Virus record (IMG/VR): IMGVR_UViG_3300022752_000070
Coordinates: 1 to 62,397 of that record
Reading direction: 5' to 3' (one strand)
DNA length: 62,397 bases
Source of the DNA: a virus
Lineage: Duplodnaviria > Caudoviricetes
Of the stretch, positions 19,706-30,707 are shown piece by piece (positions within the stretch are counted from its first letter, which is position 1; each line of letters opens with the position of its first letter). Under the pieces are notes generated by a model, which was not told where the DNA came from, searched no databases, and worked only from the letters and a program-made list of their open reading frames with translations. Made by a program: the position numbers and the translations under genes.

Positions 19706-20542
19706 TTATCCAATAAAATCGTAAGGTGGTAATTCATATTCTAAAGTCATTCGTTGTTTAATATCTTCTAACTCTCTTTCAGCATCTTCATATAATTGTC
19801 TTCCATTTAGTTCAATTCCACCTGGCAATTTAACACCTTGGAATTTAATTAAATTTTGTCCCCATTGCTTTTTAATAAGTGCAGTTAAATATTTTTTAAG
19901 AAAACTGTCATTATAAACATTAGTAAACGTATTTGGATCTAAAATTCTATAACAATCTATGACAATAAATTTATCTGGGGTTTGCGATGCCCAGTCAATA
20001 TCAAGATATAATCTATTTTGTCTTTTATTAAATCTAACTTGTTTATCTGTAGTCAATAAAAAGTCAATATCCTCTAGATAAGACTTAACCATAGAATATT
20101 GTAATAATTCTACTGAGTTAAAATAATAAAGGTCATTAAGGAATAATTGATATTTAATACTAAACATACCTCCAGAAATAGAGCTAGTATCAAATTTAAA
20201 AACCTTTTCTATACCAATCACCGAATCTGGAACTTGAATAAAATTAGATGATTCATAAAAATTAAAAGATGTACTAGCAACTCCTACTGATGTCCCCGTT
20301 GTAGTTACTATTCCTACACCATCAGTATTTCTACCTCTTCCTCTATCAATATCTTGTTGAGTTATTTTGTACTTCAAATACATTCTCTCGACACCATCAA
20401 AATGTCTTTCTTGAAAGTATTGTAAAGCATCATCGACCAAATCATCTATCTGATCATCATCCACATTAATTTCGAGCACCGGTGCTCCCAACCTTCTTAG
20501 GCAATAATCTATCAAACCTTGTCTACTGTTTGGTTTTGCCAT
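19706..20542 (-). CDS. gp13: Neck protein gp13
   Basis: LRRLGAPVLEINV, KQWGQNLIKFQGVKLPGG. Confidence 0.95.
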   Translation of the reverse strand: MAKPNSRQGLIDYCLRRLGAPVLEINVDDDQIDDLVDDALQYFQERHFDGVERMYLKYKITQQDIDRGRGRNTDGVGIVTTTGTSVGVASTSFNFYESSNFIQVPDSVIGIEKVFKFDTSSISGGMFSIKYQLFLNDLYYFNSVELLQYSMVKSYLEDIDFLLTTDKQVRFNKRQNRLYLDIDWASQTPDKFIVIDCYRILDPNTFTNVYNDSFLKKYLTALIKKQWGQNLIKFQGVKLPGGIELNGRQLYEDAERELEDIKQRMTLEYELPPYDFIG

Positions 20543-20937
20543 TAATATTCTCCTCCATCAATTAATCCGGATGTTAAAGTACCAGTTACGATAACGTCGT
20601 TTTGAAATGTTGTTATACCAATAAAATTTGATACTCCAGACACTATTAAATTTCCACCAATATTGGTATTGCCACCAACTCCAACACCACCTCTAACTGT
20701 AAAGGCACCAGTAGATGTTGATATAGAAACAGTATTATCATTGATGAAAAGATTTCTATCAATAACACTTGTCATTATAAATGTTTCTGATGGTAAATCC
20801 CATACTAGGATTACTCCATCAGAAGTATTTGACGAGTTAACGTCGGTTAAATTAATTAACTTTGTTGGGGGTGATGATGCATTTGATAGTACACGAACTA
20901 CATTTTGAGACCCAACCCTGGCTCTTATAGTGGGCAT
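20542..20937 (-). CDS. Hypothetical virion/fibre-like protein
   Basis: 131 aa; LTDV repeat motif, STSTGAFTVRGGVGVGG fibre-type motif, IDGGEY end. Confidence 0.7.
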   Translation of the reverse strand: MPTIRARVGSQNVVRVLSNASSPPTKLINLTDVNSSNTSDGVILVWDLPSETFIMTSVIDRNLFINDNTVSISTSTGAFTVRGGVGVGGNTNIGGNLIVSGVSNFIGITTFQNDVIVTGTLTSGLIDGGEY

Positions 20938-21275
20938 TATTTAGTTACCCCTGCTCTTACTAGTGCAGAACCTTCTACCGCTTTAAAAACATCACCATTA
21001 GAGGAAATTAATTTAACATCATACAAATATCTTCCAGGTTTTAATTGAGAAGTTGTAGTCGATCCTAAAGATATTTCAATTTTTCCTTCAGAGGGACCTG
21101 TAACTGATGATGCAAATGAAACTGATGTAGAACTACTGTATGTTTTTCTAAGTTGTGATTGTATTTGATACCCACTCAAATTCAATAGATTATTTGTGAC
21201 TGTATCTTCCAATTCAAAAGTAGTGTCAAAATCGAATCCCTGCTCAATTACTATATTAGATACATAAACTGCCAT
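20937..21275 (-). CDS. Hypothetical Ig-like/BppU-like virion protein
   Basis: IEQGFDF, LNLSGY, GRYLYDV motifs; late promoter directly upstream. Confidence 0.7.
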   Translation of the reverse strand: MAVYVSNIVIEQGFDFDTTFELEDTVTNNLLNLSGYQIQSQLRKTYSSSTSVSFASSVTGPSEGKIEISLGSTTTSQLKPGRYLYDVKLISSNGDVFKAVEGSALVRAGVTK

Positions 21276-21299
21276 TATTCAGATTAACATACCTTTAGA

Positions 21300-21307
21300 T
21301 ATTTATA
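21300..21307 (-). promoter_or_regulatory. Late promoter TATAAATA
   Basis: Exact motif 25 nt upstream of ATG 21275. Confidence 0.78.
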
Positions 21308-21309
21308 TT

Positions 21310-21480
21310 CTAAAGATTCATAAGAGATAGAACTGTTTCTTGCTGCTTCAGATATAACTTGCAGTACAACTTAGCAAAAGTTTTTAGTTCATCTTCATTT
21401 AAAGTATCGATAGTACGAGCATGTTTTTCATATTCAAATAATTTATCTATTGAATCTAAAGTTATTTCATTTGGATCCAT
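21310..21480 (-). CDS. Small helical protein, NblA-like (56 aa; absent from ORF track)
   Basis: MDPNEITLDSIDKLFEYEKHARTIDTLNEDELKTFAKLYCKLYLKQQETVLSLMNL; GGAG RBS upstream; fills the gap; pattern reminiscent of NblA. Confidence 0.65.
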   Translation of the reverse strand: MDPNEITLDSIDKLFEYEKHARTIDTLNEDELKTFAKLYCKLYLKQQETVLSLMNL

Positions 21481-21667
21481 TTAGAAACTCCCTTAATAAA
21501 CTTTTAATTTCATTAATATCTTGTTTCATAGATTCGATTTCTTTTTTTTGCGTTTCTCTTTGGATGACCGAATTTACATATTGATTATATCCAATAGAAT
21601 CACAATTAATTATAGCACCACTTTTTTCATCACGATATAAATTTTGGTGCCCTTCAACTTTAATCAT
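21467..21667 (-). CDS. Conserved small cyanomyovirus protein
   Basis: VEGHQNLYRDEKSGAIIN motif with coiled-coil C-terminus. Confidence 0.8.
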   Translation of the reverse strand: MIKVEGHQNLYRDEKSGAIINCDSIGYNQYVNSVIQRETQKKEIESMKQDINEIKSLLREFLNGSK

Positions 21668-24600
21668 TTATCTTACCGCAATAGTTCTTAAATCTTTGAT
21701 TCTTGGTGGTCTTGCCTGATTCGTTCCCGACATAACAATTTTAATTGTATATCCAACGAATAAATCTAAATTATCCGCAGTAAATTCATACTCTAAAAAT
21801 TCATTGTCAAGACTTGGTTGAACATAAGAGTCTGGTTTTCCACTATTTTTAGATGAATCTATAACAAGTAGACCTTGATCTGTAGTATATTTTAAATTAT
21901 CGTAACCAGGGAATAGTTCAAATGCTTGGGGAACTTCACTAGAATCTGCTCTAATCAAACTATAAAGAACTCTAAAATCTGCACTTTCATGTCTATATGC
22001 ACTCAAAATAACCTTTAATGATGTTGCTGGTTGAACAAGATTTACAGTATTTGAAACATAAATTGCAGCATGTGGATCTTCTAAAATAGAATTAACTCTA
22101 TTATCTGATGAATAATCTGAGACCGGATTATCTAATCTATTAATTCTAAACTCTGTAAATGCATTATCCAAGTAAATTAATGGAGAAAGATTCGAATCTC
22201 TAGTTGATAAGGTTATTGCCGTAGTAAATGATTTTTTCCTCAACAGATTACTTAAACCTGGTTGATTTTTTTCATTTACATCAGAAGCAACTAATCTTAC
22301 AGTTTTCAATGTATTTAATACATTTAACTGAACAGGTTCTGGTAATTGCTCGATAAATGAATTTTCATTTCCATCAATACTAGTACCACTTACTGTTTTT
22401 ATAGAGGCACTTACTGAAGTAGAAGATCCTGGAGTAATTAAATCATATGTGGGTATTAGTCCACTAAAATTAATATTTTCTGATACCTTAACATTTGGTC
22501 CTCCAAAAGATCCATCATTGGTAAATGATAATTGTGGTGCATTTGCTAGAGAACCATCTGAAGATCTATTTGCTCCATTTTCAGATCTGGATATTTCGAT
22601 ATAATAATCGTCCATGCCAATATCTGTAGAACTCATAGTATGTTCTTTGTTTATTCTACGTAAAGAAACCCCATTTAATTCGTATTTGTAAACTAAACTG
22701 CGAGAATCATGTGGTGTAATAACAGTGCCATCAATACCTCTTCCACCACTAGCAATGGTTAGTGTTCCATTATTTACACCCGAGTATGCAATAATTTCAT
22801 CTCCAATCTTAACATATCCACTATTTGCAGCCCCGACATTTACACCTTCAAAGGTTGAAAAGATAGAAGTATTTGCAATACTAATTGTATTAATTTCATT
22901 TGAAGACATTGCAACGGATAAAGTTGTAGGTGAATAACTGGATTGGGCATCATTAATTTTTACTTTATCAATTCCTGAATACATGCCATGATCAAAGTGA
23001 TCTACTTTAATATAGTTTCCAGAATTAACTCCGCCATCGATGTTAAAACTACGTATTGTAGTTGATGCTAAAGATACTATTGGACTAGTTGGATAATTAT
23101 TAGGATAATAACTAACTCCAATTCCAATTGCAAACGAAGAAGATTCTCCTTGCAGTCCAGAAAGATATAATGTATCTAAACCAGTAATAGAAGAAATTGA
23201 AACTCTTGCATTTCTACCTAAATTGGTAACAATTCCAACAACATCACCTACTTGATATCCGTTACCAAATGCAGTTACTATAGGTATACCTGTAATGGAA
23301 CCACTTGAATTTGTTGTTACGCTTAATCTCAATCCAGATCCTTTACCAACTATATTAGTTGTTTCTAGATTAGTGAATGTGCTACTTGCTGGATAATTTG
23401 TACCACCACTAGTAACTTTTACACTGGAAACTGAACTTCCTGTTCCAATTATGTAACCATAAGTATTTGCATTAGATCCTGAAATTTTTCTTCCTACTTT
23501 CAATATGTCATTAATGATTGATGAATTTGTGGATGTGGTAATTCCAAGAGTAGCTGTTTTGGGTAAAGTTGTGATCGGATTATTGTTTAGTCTTGACACA
23601 TATCCATTACTCTCATCTAGAGTTGGATTGCTAAAGAACACTGTTCCAGTTGTTGATGTAAATTTAGCTTTATAAAGTTTAAACTTAAGATCTTGATATT
23701 GATTTGCTGTCCATATAGAACCATTTTGTGATTTGAACAGACTTCCCAATGCAAACTGCTTTGAATAAATTACTGATTCAGAATCTGGTAGTGATTGTGT
23801 TTTTTTTGTCTTTTCACCCATTGTCGCAATCCACATCTCATACTTATCACTATGGGCAGAAATGATCACAACAGCATATTCTCTACCTGGAGATAGGTAA
23901 ACTGGTTCTGGGAAAGTTACCTTTGTTTCGGTCTCACCATCATCCGAAACTGTAATATCTGAAGGTCTTAATATTACTGGTTTTCCAACAATCATCATAG
24001 TTGGGGTCCCCAATTCTACAGTTCTTATTTCAACTCGTAATGGTGCATTTCCATCATCCTTTGAGGCAAAGAACAGACCAACTGAAGTTAAGAATGCACC
24101 ATTGATATCATCACTCGTATCATACTCTGAAGGTGCCTGTATATTTCCACCAACAGTAAATGATTGAGCTAATGGGTCGTAATACTCTGCAAGAACAGTT
24201 TCCGTATGCCTGTTTTGCGTTGTTAATGAAGCATTAACATTTGTTGTTAAATTTGTAACAGTGGTTGTTGTGAGATTATTCGATATGGTAGTTACTTCAT
24301 TTTCCCACTGATTTAAAGTTCCATCAGAATTATAATTTGTTTCTGCAAAAGATATTGAATTACTTCCTGGAACTCCAGAATCATTTGTGCTACTTGAGGT
24401 AATTCTAAATGTTTTAGTTCCTGTAGGAATTCTTACTGAAGGTGCTGGAATTGTATTTGGATCTTTTAAGAAGAATGTTCCTATTAAATCACCAAAATTA
24501 TCCGATAATAATTTAAGATCTTTAACATATGCTACAGCACCACTTTCTTGACCAACTAAAAGCATACCAACAGTAAGATATCCAGAATATCTACCTTGTG

Positions 24601-27600
24601 CTTCTTCTGATAAAGATGCGGTATCTACATTCAATACTTTTGAAGATTGACTATACAAATTTGATAAGGATTCAGTTCGAACATATGGATTTATTGTGTA
24701 TGTTGTAGTTGGTGAATTATATGGACCATACTTATGGTTAGGGGTGCAAAGTCTAAAAGTTATTAGTCTTGTACCATTTACGGATCCAACTACAGTTTCT
24801 CCAATTTTAAATGTTCCTGAAGATCCATAATTTGTTAAAGTAGAATCATTTGCAATTTCTACTAATTTTGGAACAAAATCAACAGAACTACTTCCGTCTA
24901 AAAATTGATAGTATCTAGTAGATGGTTTGAGATTAGATACTGAGAACTCAGTATTTCTAGATCTCATGAATGATTCATCTGAAGTAGATGTAAGAATATT
25001 TCTTATAGATACATCTGTATTAGATACGGTATCTGTAGAAATGTCCGTACTTACGTTTGTTGAATTACTTCTAGTAACAATTTCTGAAGTGGTAACATTA
25101 GATGCTATTACTCCGGTCTGTCCCCTTCTGTTAGGATTTGCTATTCTTGCCCCAACTCTTTGTGAAGAAGTTTCCCTGACAATAGGATTATTAAGATTTA
25201 CATTTACATTACTTTGTAGATTTCTTGTAAGTGTTCTACTAGAATTATTAGTAATATTGATGTTTCTATCGGGCAATTGAACTGTTCTAACCCAAGTATC
25301 AATTGATGGATTTAATCTTATAACTCCAGTATAGATTACTACATTGAATGGATTGACATTTTCAACTCCTGTAGCAAAAGTTTGTTGAATCCAGTCAATT
25401 TCAGTATATTTAAGAGTTACACAATTTCCAGTTTTTTTAATATTTGAGTCTAATAATTCGAAATTAGAATTATAATCCAAATCCTCATCTGTTACTGCGT
25501 CAGCAGGAATTAATTTTGATTTGATAGAATTTCTACTTATTAGTGGAATTAATTCATTTGCTGATGGATTGATTTGAACAGTAGATAGTTCACGATTCAT
25601 TAAATTATAATTTTTAAAATCATCAACAAAAAATCCACTCTTAAATCTATTTCTACCCTCAGAATCTTGAATTTGTAAAGTTTGAGTGTCAATTTCTAAG
25701 AAAGATAATGAAGTTACTCTCTCTAAATTTTCAACTCTATTATCAATAAATCCAATATCTCTCATTGTATATCTTCTGTTATCTCTCAATTGTATAACAG
25801 CATCTTGAGGATTGTACAAATATGGTGGCAACTGAATTGTTGCAATTTCCATCATTGCATCATTTTTTGTTGGAGCTTTAGGAGTAAGTGATGAAGTTCC
25901 TTTTTCCAAAACAAAATTACCAATTTTATCCAGATATAGTCTATCAATTCTTGCCAAATAGTAATCATATCCAATTGAAGAGGATTCGTTAGGAGTCAAA
26001 ATTACTTTGGGATCAGTTCCAAAATTTCTAGAAGAAAAGTCAAATGGTGATCTGGCAGTTGAATCTGGATTAAAAGTGGAAACTCTAGGTCTAAAGTCTA
26101 AAGTATCAGATGCTCTTCTCAATCTAGATCCTATTGTGGGAATATCTGTAGAAAATCTTTCTTCATCATAACTCAATACAGTGAATACGTCACCATTATC
26201 ATTAGACTCTACAGTATAACAATCATATACAACCAATAATCTCTTGCTTGGTTCTGGAATATTTTTATTTCTAATTATTCTTGAATAATCGTAATATTGA
26301 TCTTTTTGACCTTTATCCAAGAAGTACGAAGTCGTTATATCTTTATATTTTCCAAGAGTAATAGATTCTATTTCTGTTGTAATATTAGACTCATCAAACG
26401 TCACAGTTTCACCAGTTACAAATCTATCTCCTGTTAGATAGACAATTTCAAGAGTATTTGCTGGAGAATCTACCTTTGTTACAACTCTTGCAATTGCATT
26501 GGAAGTACTTCCTATTATATTTTCTCCAATGATGGCATTAGTTCCTACGTTAGCGGTAGAAGTAAATAAAACTCTGTCTAAAGTGGGACTTGATGAATCA
26601 TAAGATTCATATATCGATATAATTTTCACAACATCAGGAACATTTAATGAAATCTCTTCATCTTGAACTCTAAGACCATAATATTGATTATATGTTAACC
26701 CATCTGAAATTGATGTATTAATTCCAGATCCTGATTGTTTATATTTTGATCTTGTTATCTCTAATTTTTCACTTCTTAAATATTTTTTCAATTTACTCTT
26801 AATGTTATTTTTAACCAGGGTAACATTTACTGTTGCTGTAGTGTTAGTTAAACCCCTAATTGATAGGGTATCGTTGCTAACAGTAACAGAATCAGAAGAT
26901 AATGTTGCTATCGTGCCATTATTATAGTGAACTGAATATTTTTCTTGATCAAAGGAATCGAAATATACGGATGTAATTCCAAGAGTCGATGCAACTGTGG
27001 ATGCATTGAGTGTTAATGTATTTCCAGTAATAGTTTGATTTGGTAATTGAGCAGATATTCTTAATGTCGAGTTGGAAAGATCTACTTTTGATATATTATT
27101 TCCCGGAATATCCGTATATAAGTATGCAGAATCTTGGTTTCTAATGATTGGTGCTGCGGCAAAAATGTCAGTTAATATTTGACTAGATGGTAAAGATCCC
27201 TCATAAACTCCAGAAACATTTGGAAATATAGATGATATACCTATTGATAAACCATCTTGTGATATAGAAGAAACTCTATTGTATGTTTCTGTACTGAATC
27301 CTATTTTCTGATATCTGATAATCGTATCTGTTGTAATTCCAGTAAAAATTCTTCCTATTGCAGTAACAGTAGAAATCCCACTACTTGCGGTTGAAATAGA
27401 AACCTGTATGATATTTCTAGGCATTCTAAATCTTTCCAAAACTGCATTTGCAGAAAAAGTTGCAATACCGGTAACTGCAAAATTGGAATCTTGTCTTAGT
27501 GATTTTATATTTTGAGTTCCATATACTGCAATTGATACAATAGTTCTTGGAAAATCAATTCCATTGATTGATATTTGCTCCCCTGGTGCAAAAGATCCCG

Positions 27601-29110
27601 AAGTTTGTCTTAGTGTAATTGTAGACGATCCTGCTCCAGCAGAAACTGCATATCCACTTGCCCCACTATTTTTACCTTTAACTAAAGAAGATTCTGGTAA
27701 ATCAACTGAACTTATTGTATTGTTTAATGTTAAACCTATATTTGTTTGAATATCATATAAGTATAAATCCCAATTAGTTGCAGCATTAGTATATGCTGCA
27801 TCAGTTAAATTGAAGTTATATATTCTTGCACTACCAATTCCAATTCCAGATCCATTTAATTCATTGTAAAGTGTCGCCACTCCTTTTTGTTGCGGAACTC
27901 CTGCTACATTATTAACTCTCAAAAGATTTCCCATCTCAAAGGAAATTCCTACATTAGATTCTGACTTAGTTTCTCTAGGTTTTTCTACATCTAAAATTAT
28001 TGTAGATCTTTTTTCAACATCATATCCTCTTACATAAGCTTTTCCTGGAGAAACTTTTACACACATTAGATCGTCAGAAGGTGATCTTCCTTCTGGGGTA
28101 ATTTCATTCTTAAAAAATAATCCATTATTTCCTAATCGATTATTTAATGAATTGTGAACTGATGGATTAAATGGTTCTACCGCATAATCTCCAGATTCAT
28201 CATATGTTCTTTGTGCCAAATAGTCTCTAATAATATTATAGTTTGTCTTAGTTTCTATTCTTTTAATTCTACCATTTTCAATTCTTAAAAGTTCAATAAA
28301 GTTGGTGTCGTTTAAATCTGTTAGTAATTTTTTGTCTAAAATAAGATCTATTTTAAATCTGTCTGCTCCAGGTGCTGCATTATTTGTAAATCCCTTAGCA
28401 TTATCGTAAAGATCTTTATCATCATTAGCAGTTACGATAGATTCTTCAATTCTTAATCCAACTCTATAAGATGGTGTATTTGTATAGTAGTCTAAAAGCA
28501 AAGTTTGCTTTAATACATTTACAAAATAACCTCTAACAAAATAAACACCATCTGCAATAAATGCTGCAGAACCTATAGATGTTGCATTTAATGAAATTAA
28601 TGATGCAAATGGTGTTCCAGAGTTAATAGTCGTATTTCCATATGTAATATTTTCACTTGCAATTAAAGATTCACCATCTTGAAATTGAGTAAAATTAAAA
28701 TCATTATCAGAATCAATATATTTTACATAAATTGTAGGATACGAAATATCATTATCATCTGGAATTTCAATATGCTGAATAGTTGCTGTTGTTCCAGAAG
28801 TTTGCCCTGTTACTTTTTTCCCAATATATTGATCCAGATATAAAGTAATATCTGCACCAAAATTTGTTAAATTGAGTTTAACTGCATAAAATTGCCCATC
28901 ATATGCAATATTGCCAGGGATCACCACAGATCCCTCCTTAAACATATGGCTACCAAAAGATTCTATTTGGTTTTGTAGAATAGACTGAAGTGTTGTTAGT
29001 TCCCTTGCCTGAACTGCTCTTCCTGGATTGAATAAGACTTTATAAAAATTTTTTTCAGAATTAAAATCATCATAATATGGACTAATATTTAAATTTGTTT
29101 TTTGTGCCAT
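21668..29110 (-). CDS. Large virion structural protein, VrlC-like (DUF4815-type)
   Basis: 2480 aa; NLNISPYYDDF, QARELTTLQSILQ, APGADR, RRYTMRDIG, RFKSGFFVDDF, DPLAQSF. Confidence 0.85.
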   Translation of the reverse strand: MAQKTNLNISPYYDDFNSEKNFYKVLFNPGRAVQARELTTLQSILQNQIESFGSHMFKEGSVVIPGNIAYDGQFYAVKLNLTNFGADITLYLDQYIGKKVTGQTSGTTATIQHIEIPDDNDISYPTIYVKYIDSDNDFNFTQFQDGESLIASENITYGNTTINSGTPFASLISLNATSIGSAAFIADGVYFVRGYFVNVLKQTLLLDYYTNTPSYRVGLRIEESIVTANDDKDLYDNAKGFTNNAAPGADRFKIDLILDKKLLTDLNDTNFIELLRIENGRIKRIETKTNYNIIRDYLAQRTYDESGDYAVEPFNPSVHNSLNNRLGNNGLFFKNEITPEGRSPSDDLMCVKVSPGKAYVRGYDVEKRSTIILDVEKPRETKSESNVGISFEMGNLLRVNNVAGVPQQKGVATLYNELNGSGIGIGSARIYNFNLTDAAYTNAATNWDLYLYDIQTNIGLTLNNTISSVDLPESSLVKGKNSGASGYAVSAGAGSSTITLRQTSGSFAPGEQISINGIDFPRTIVSIAVYGTQNIKSLRQDSNFAVTGIATFSANAVLERFRMPRNIIQVSISTASSGISTVTAIGRIFTGITTDTIIRYQKIGFSTETYNRVSSISQDGLSIGISSIFPNVSGVYEGSLPSSQILTDIFAAAPIIRNQDSAYLYTDIPGNNISKVDLSNSTLRISAQLPNQTITGNTLTLNASTVASTLGITSVYFDSFDQEKYSVHYNNGTIATLSSDSVTVSNDTLSIRGLTNTTATVNVTLVKNNIKSKLKKYLRSEKLEITRSKYKQSGSGINTSISDGLTYNQYYGLRVQDEEISLNVPDVVKIISIYESYDSSSPTLDRVLFTSTANVGTNAIIGENIIGSTSNAIARVVTKVDSPANTLEIVYLTGDRFVTGETVTFDESNITTEIESITLGKYKDITTSYFLDKGQKDQYYDYSRIIRNKNIPEPSKRLLVVYDCYTVESNDNGDVFTVLSYDEERFSTDIPTIGSRLRRASDTLDFRPRVSTFNPDSTARSPFDFSSRNFGTDPKVILTPNESSSIGYDYYLARIDRLYLDKIGNFVLEKGTSSLTPKAPTKNDAMMEIATIQLPPYLYNPQDAVIQLRDNRRYTMRDIGFIDNRVENLERVTSLSFLEIDTQTLQIQDSEGRNRFKSGFFVDDFKNYNLMNRELSTVQINPSANELIPLISRNSIKSKLIPADAVTDEDLDYNSNFELLDSNIKKTGNCVTLKYTEIDWIQQTFATGVENVNPFNVVIYTGVIRLNPSIDTWVRTVQLPDRNINITNNSSRTLTRNLQSNVNVNLNNPIVRETSSQRVGARIANPNRRGQTGVIASNVTTSEIVTRSNSTNVSTDISTDTVSNTDVSIRNILTSTSDESFMRSRNTEFSVSNLKPSTRYYQFLDGSSSVDFVPKLVEIANDSTLTNYGSSGTFKIGETVVGSVNGTRLITFRLCTPNHKYGPYNSPTTTYTINPYVRTESLSNLYSQSSKVLNVDTASLSEEAQGRYSGYLTVGMLLVGQESGAVAYVKDLKLLSDNFGDLIGTFFLKDPNTIPAPSVRIPTGTKTFRITSSSTNDSGVPGSNSISFAETNYNSDGTLNQWENEVTTISNNLTTTTVTNLTTNVNASLTTQNRHTETVLAEYYDPLAQSFTVGGNIQAPSEYDTSDDINGAFLTSVGLFFASKDDGNAPLRVEIRTVELGTPTMMIVGKPVILRPSDITVSDDGETETKVTFPEPVYLSPGREYAVVIISAHSDKYEMWIATMGEKTKKTQSLPDSESVIYSKQFALGSLFKSQNGSIWTANQYQDLKFKLYKAKFTSTTGTVFFSNPTLDESNGYVSRLNNNPITTLPKTATLGITTSTNSSIINDILKVGRKISGSNANTYGYIIGTGSSVSSVKVTSGGTNYPASSTFTNLETTNIVGKGSGLRLSVTTNSSGSITGIPIVTAFGNGYQVGDVVGIVTNLGRNARVSISSITGLDTLYLSGLQGESSSFAIGIGVSYYPNNYPTSPIVSLASTTIRSFNIDGGVNSGNYIKVDHFDHGMYSGIDKVKINDAQSSYSPTTLSVAMSSNEINTISIANTSIFSTFEGVNVGAANSGYVKIGDEIIAYSGVNNGTLTIASGGRGIDGTVITPHDSRSLVYKYELNGVSLRRINKEHTMSSTDIGMDDYYIEISRSENGANRSSDGSLANAPQLSFTNDGSFGGPNVKVSENINFSGLIPTYDLITPGSSTSVSASIKTVSGTSIDGNENSFIEQLPEPVQLNVLNTLKTVRLVASDVNEKNQPGLSNLLRKKSFTTAITLSTRDSNLSPLIYLDNAFTEFRINRLDNPVSDYSSDNRVNSILEDPHAAIYVSNTVNLVQPATSLKVILSAYRHESADFRVLYSLIRADSSEVPQAFELFPGYDNLKYTTDQGLLVIDSSKNSGKPDSYVQPSLDNEFLEYEFTADNLDLFVGYTIKIVMSGTNQARPPRIKDLRTIAVR

Positions 29111-29113
29111 TTC

Positions 29114-30682
29114 TTAGAATTCCAGGATAATTTTAACGTCTTCTTTTTGTCTTAGATTTCTTGTAACCAGGGGTCTATTGTCAATGTAAATTATATCTCC
29201 CGTCTTTTTATTTATCTCTGGACTTGCAAGACCAGCATTAAAAGTTACACCAAGATCAATTATTTTACCATTGACTGTGACTTTATTTTCACTAAAGGAT
29301 GTATCTATTGGAGCATTGAAAGATGAAGATACAAATTGAATATTATTTGCAACTTGATCGGAAGATTCAAAGTCTAAAACTTCAGAGTCTGAACTAATAT
29401 CCTTGTCATCAGTTTCATCTACTCCATTTGAAAAGTACAAAGATCTATCTCTAAAATATTTTAGAACTTTAGTTGTAGCATCATATGATGCTACATATCC
29501 TTTAGCAATTTTTTCGTCAGATGGTCTAACCTGTCTAATTTGTTCCCCAATGATAGGAGTTTGAGATACAGAAGTCAATTTAATTGCATATAAAGATGAA
29601 AATTGATTTTCTTCAAATAATGTATCTGAAGTACTATATTTGGGATTCTTTAAGATGCCAATTTGAGAAAATGCAGTGCTTATAGGGGTATCTTCTGTCA
29701 GATCATCAAATCTTGCATATACCAAGACTCTATCAGCACCCAATTCTTGATAAATATTGTATCCATGACCTTTTGAAGGTGGGATAACTACTATTAATTG
29801 TGCATCAGTTTGTAGTGTTCCAGATCTTAATCGTCCTAGATCAACTATTCCGTAAGTATAACCCTTACCCCCAAAAGTAACTCTCGCAGAAACTATTTTT
29901 CCATCTGTTACTTTGATAGATGCTTTTGCACCAGATCCATCACCGTTAATATCTACATCTGTATATTCTTCATCCCTACTTAAATATCCGTCTCCAGCAT
30001 TTTCAATATATATTTTTTTAATCTGATTTTCTTCTATATCAGAATTTCCAGCATCTCTAATACGTTCTATTTCACTATCTGTTGAGGTATCCCAGTCATT
30101 TGGAAGTATTATGTATTCTGTAGAATCAAATTTAATAATATCACTGGGAGAAATTGTAAATAAATATTTCCAAACATATCCATCGTTACTTGATCCAGCA
30201 GCGGATGGATCAGCATCAGTAAAAGTGGGTTGATCCTGGGATTTGTTTCCCGATGGATTAGTTCCCGAAGATCCGTTATCTATACAAATATATACTCTAT
30301 AATCACTATTCATCACATAGTAATTAGAATCATACAACCTTGGAAGACCAGAAATTGGTGCTAGGTTAGTTGTACTATAATCATGACGATACATTTCATA
30401 TCTAGTATTTTCCGTCCAGGTTACTTTTCTTACAATTCTTCTCACATTGTTCGATGATGTAATTTTTTTACCAAAAAGTAACGTGTCTTTGTAGTGTGAT
30501 AGATATTGAAAATTATCTACAGGAACTGGTGGATCACTATCCCAATCAGTATCTCTACCAAATTTTGTTGACAAAGAAGGATTTGGTAATCCTAGAAAAA
30601 CATAATACGAGTTATTATTAACAGAATCAACAAAATTTTCTGCATTAAATATTCTAAATTGATCTGTTATGATAGCTGTCAT
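29114..30682 (-). CDS. gp8: Baseplate wedge protein gp8
   Basis: YRVYICIDN, DGYVWKYLF, GDIIYIDNR, QKEDVKIILEF. Confidence 0.93.
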   Translation of the reverse strand: MTAIITDQFRIFNAENFVDSVNNNSYYVFLGLPNPSLSTKFGRDTDWDSDPPVPVDNFQYLSHYKDTLLFGKKITSSNNVRRIVRKVTWTENTRYEMYRHDYSTTNLAPISGLPRLYDSNYYVMNSDYRVYICIDNGSSGTNPSGNKSQDQPTFTDADPSAAGSSNDGYVWKYLFTISPSDIIKFDSTEYIILPNDWDTSTDSEIERIRDAGNSDIEENQIKKIYIENAGDGYLSRDEEYTDVDINGDGSGAKASIKVTDGKIVSARVTFGGKGYTYGIVDLGRLRSGTLQTDAQLIVVIPPSKGHGYNIYQELGADRVLVYARFDDLTEDTPISTAFSQIGILKNPKYSTSDTLFEENQFSSLYAIKLTSVSQTPIIGEQIRQVRPSDEKIAKGYVASYDATTKVLKYFRDRSLYFSNGVDETDDKDISSDSEVLDFESSDQVANNIQFVSSSFNAPIDTSFSENKVTVNGKIIDLGVTFNAGLASPEINKKTGDIIYIDNRPLVTRNLRQKEDVKIILEF

Positions 30683-30699
30683 ACTAATAGTTTTTTATC

Positions 30700-30707
30700 T
30701 ATTTATA
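30700..30707 (-). promoter_or_regulatory. Late promoter TATAAATA (gp8)
   Basis: Exact motif overlapping the gp7 stop. Confidence 0.75.

Noticed and set aside
24927-25280. Plus-strand hydrophobic ORFs inside VrlC-like, gp7, gp14 and gp18 genes
   Set aside because: Antisense to Asn/Thr/Ser-rich coding sequence; no independent evidence
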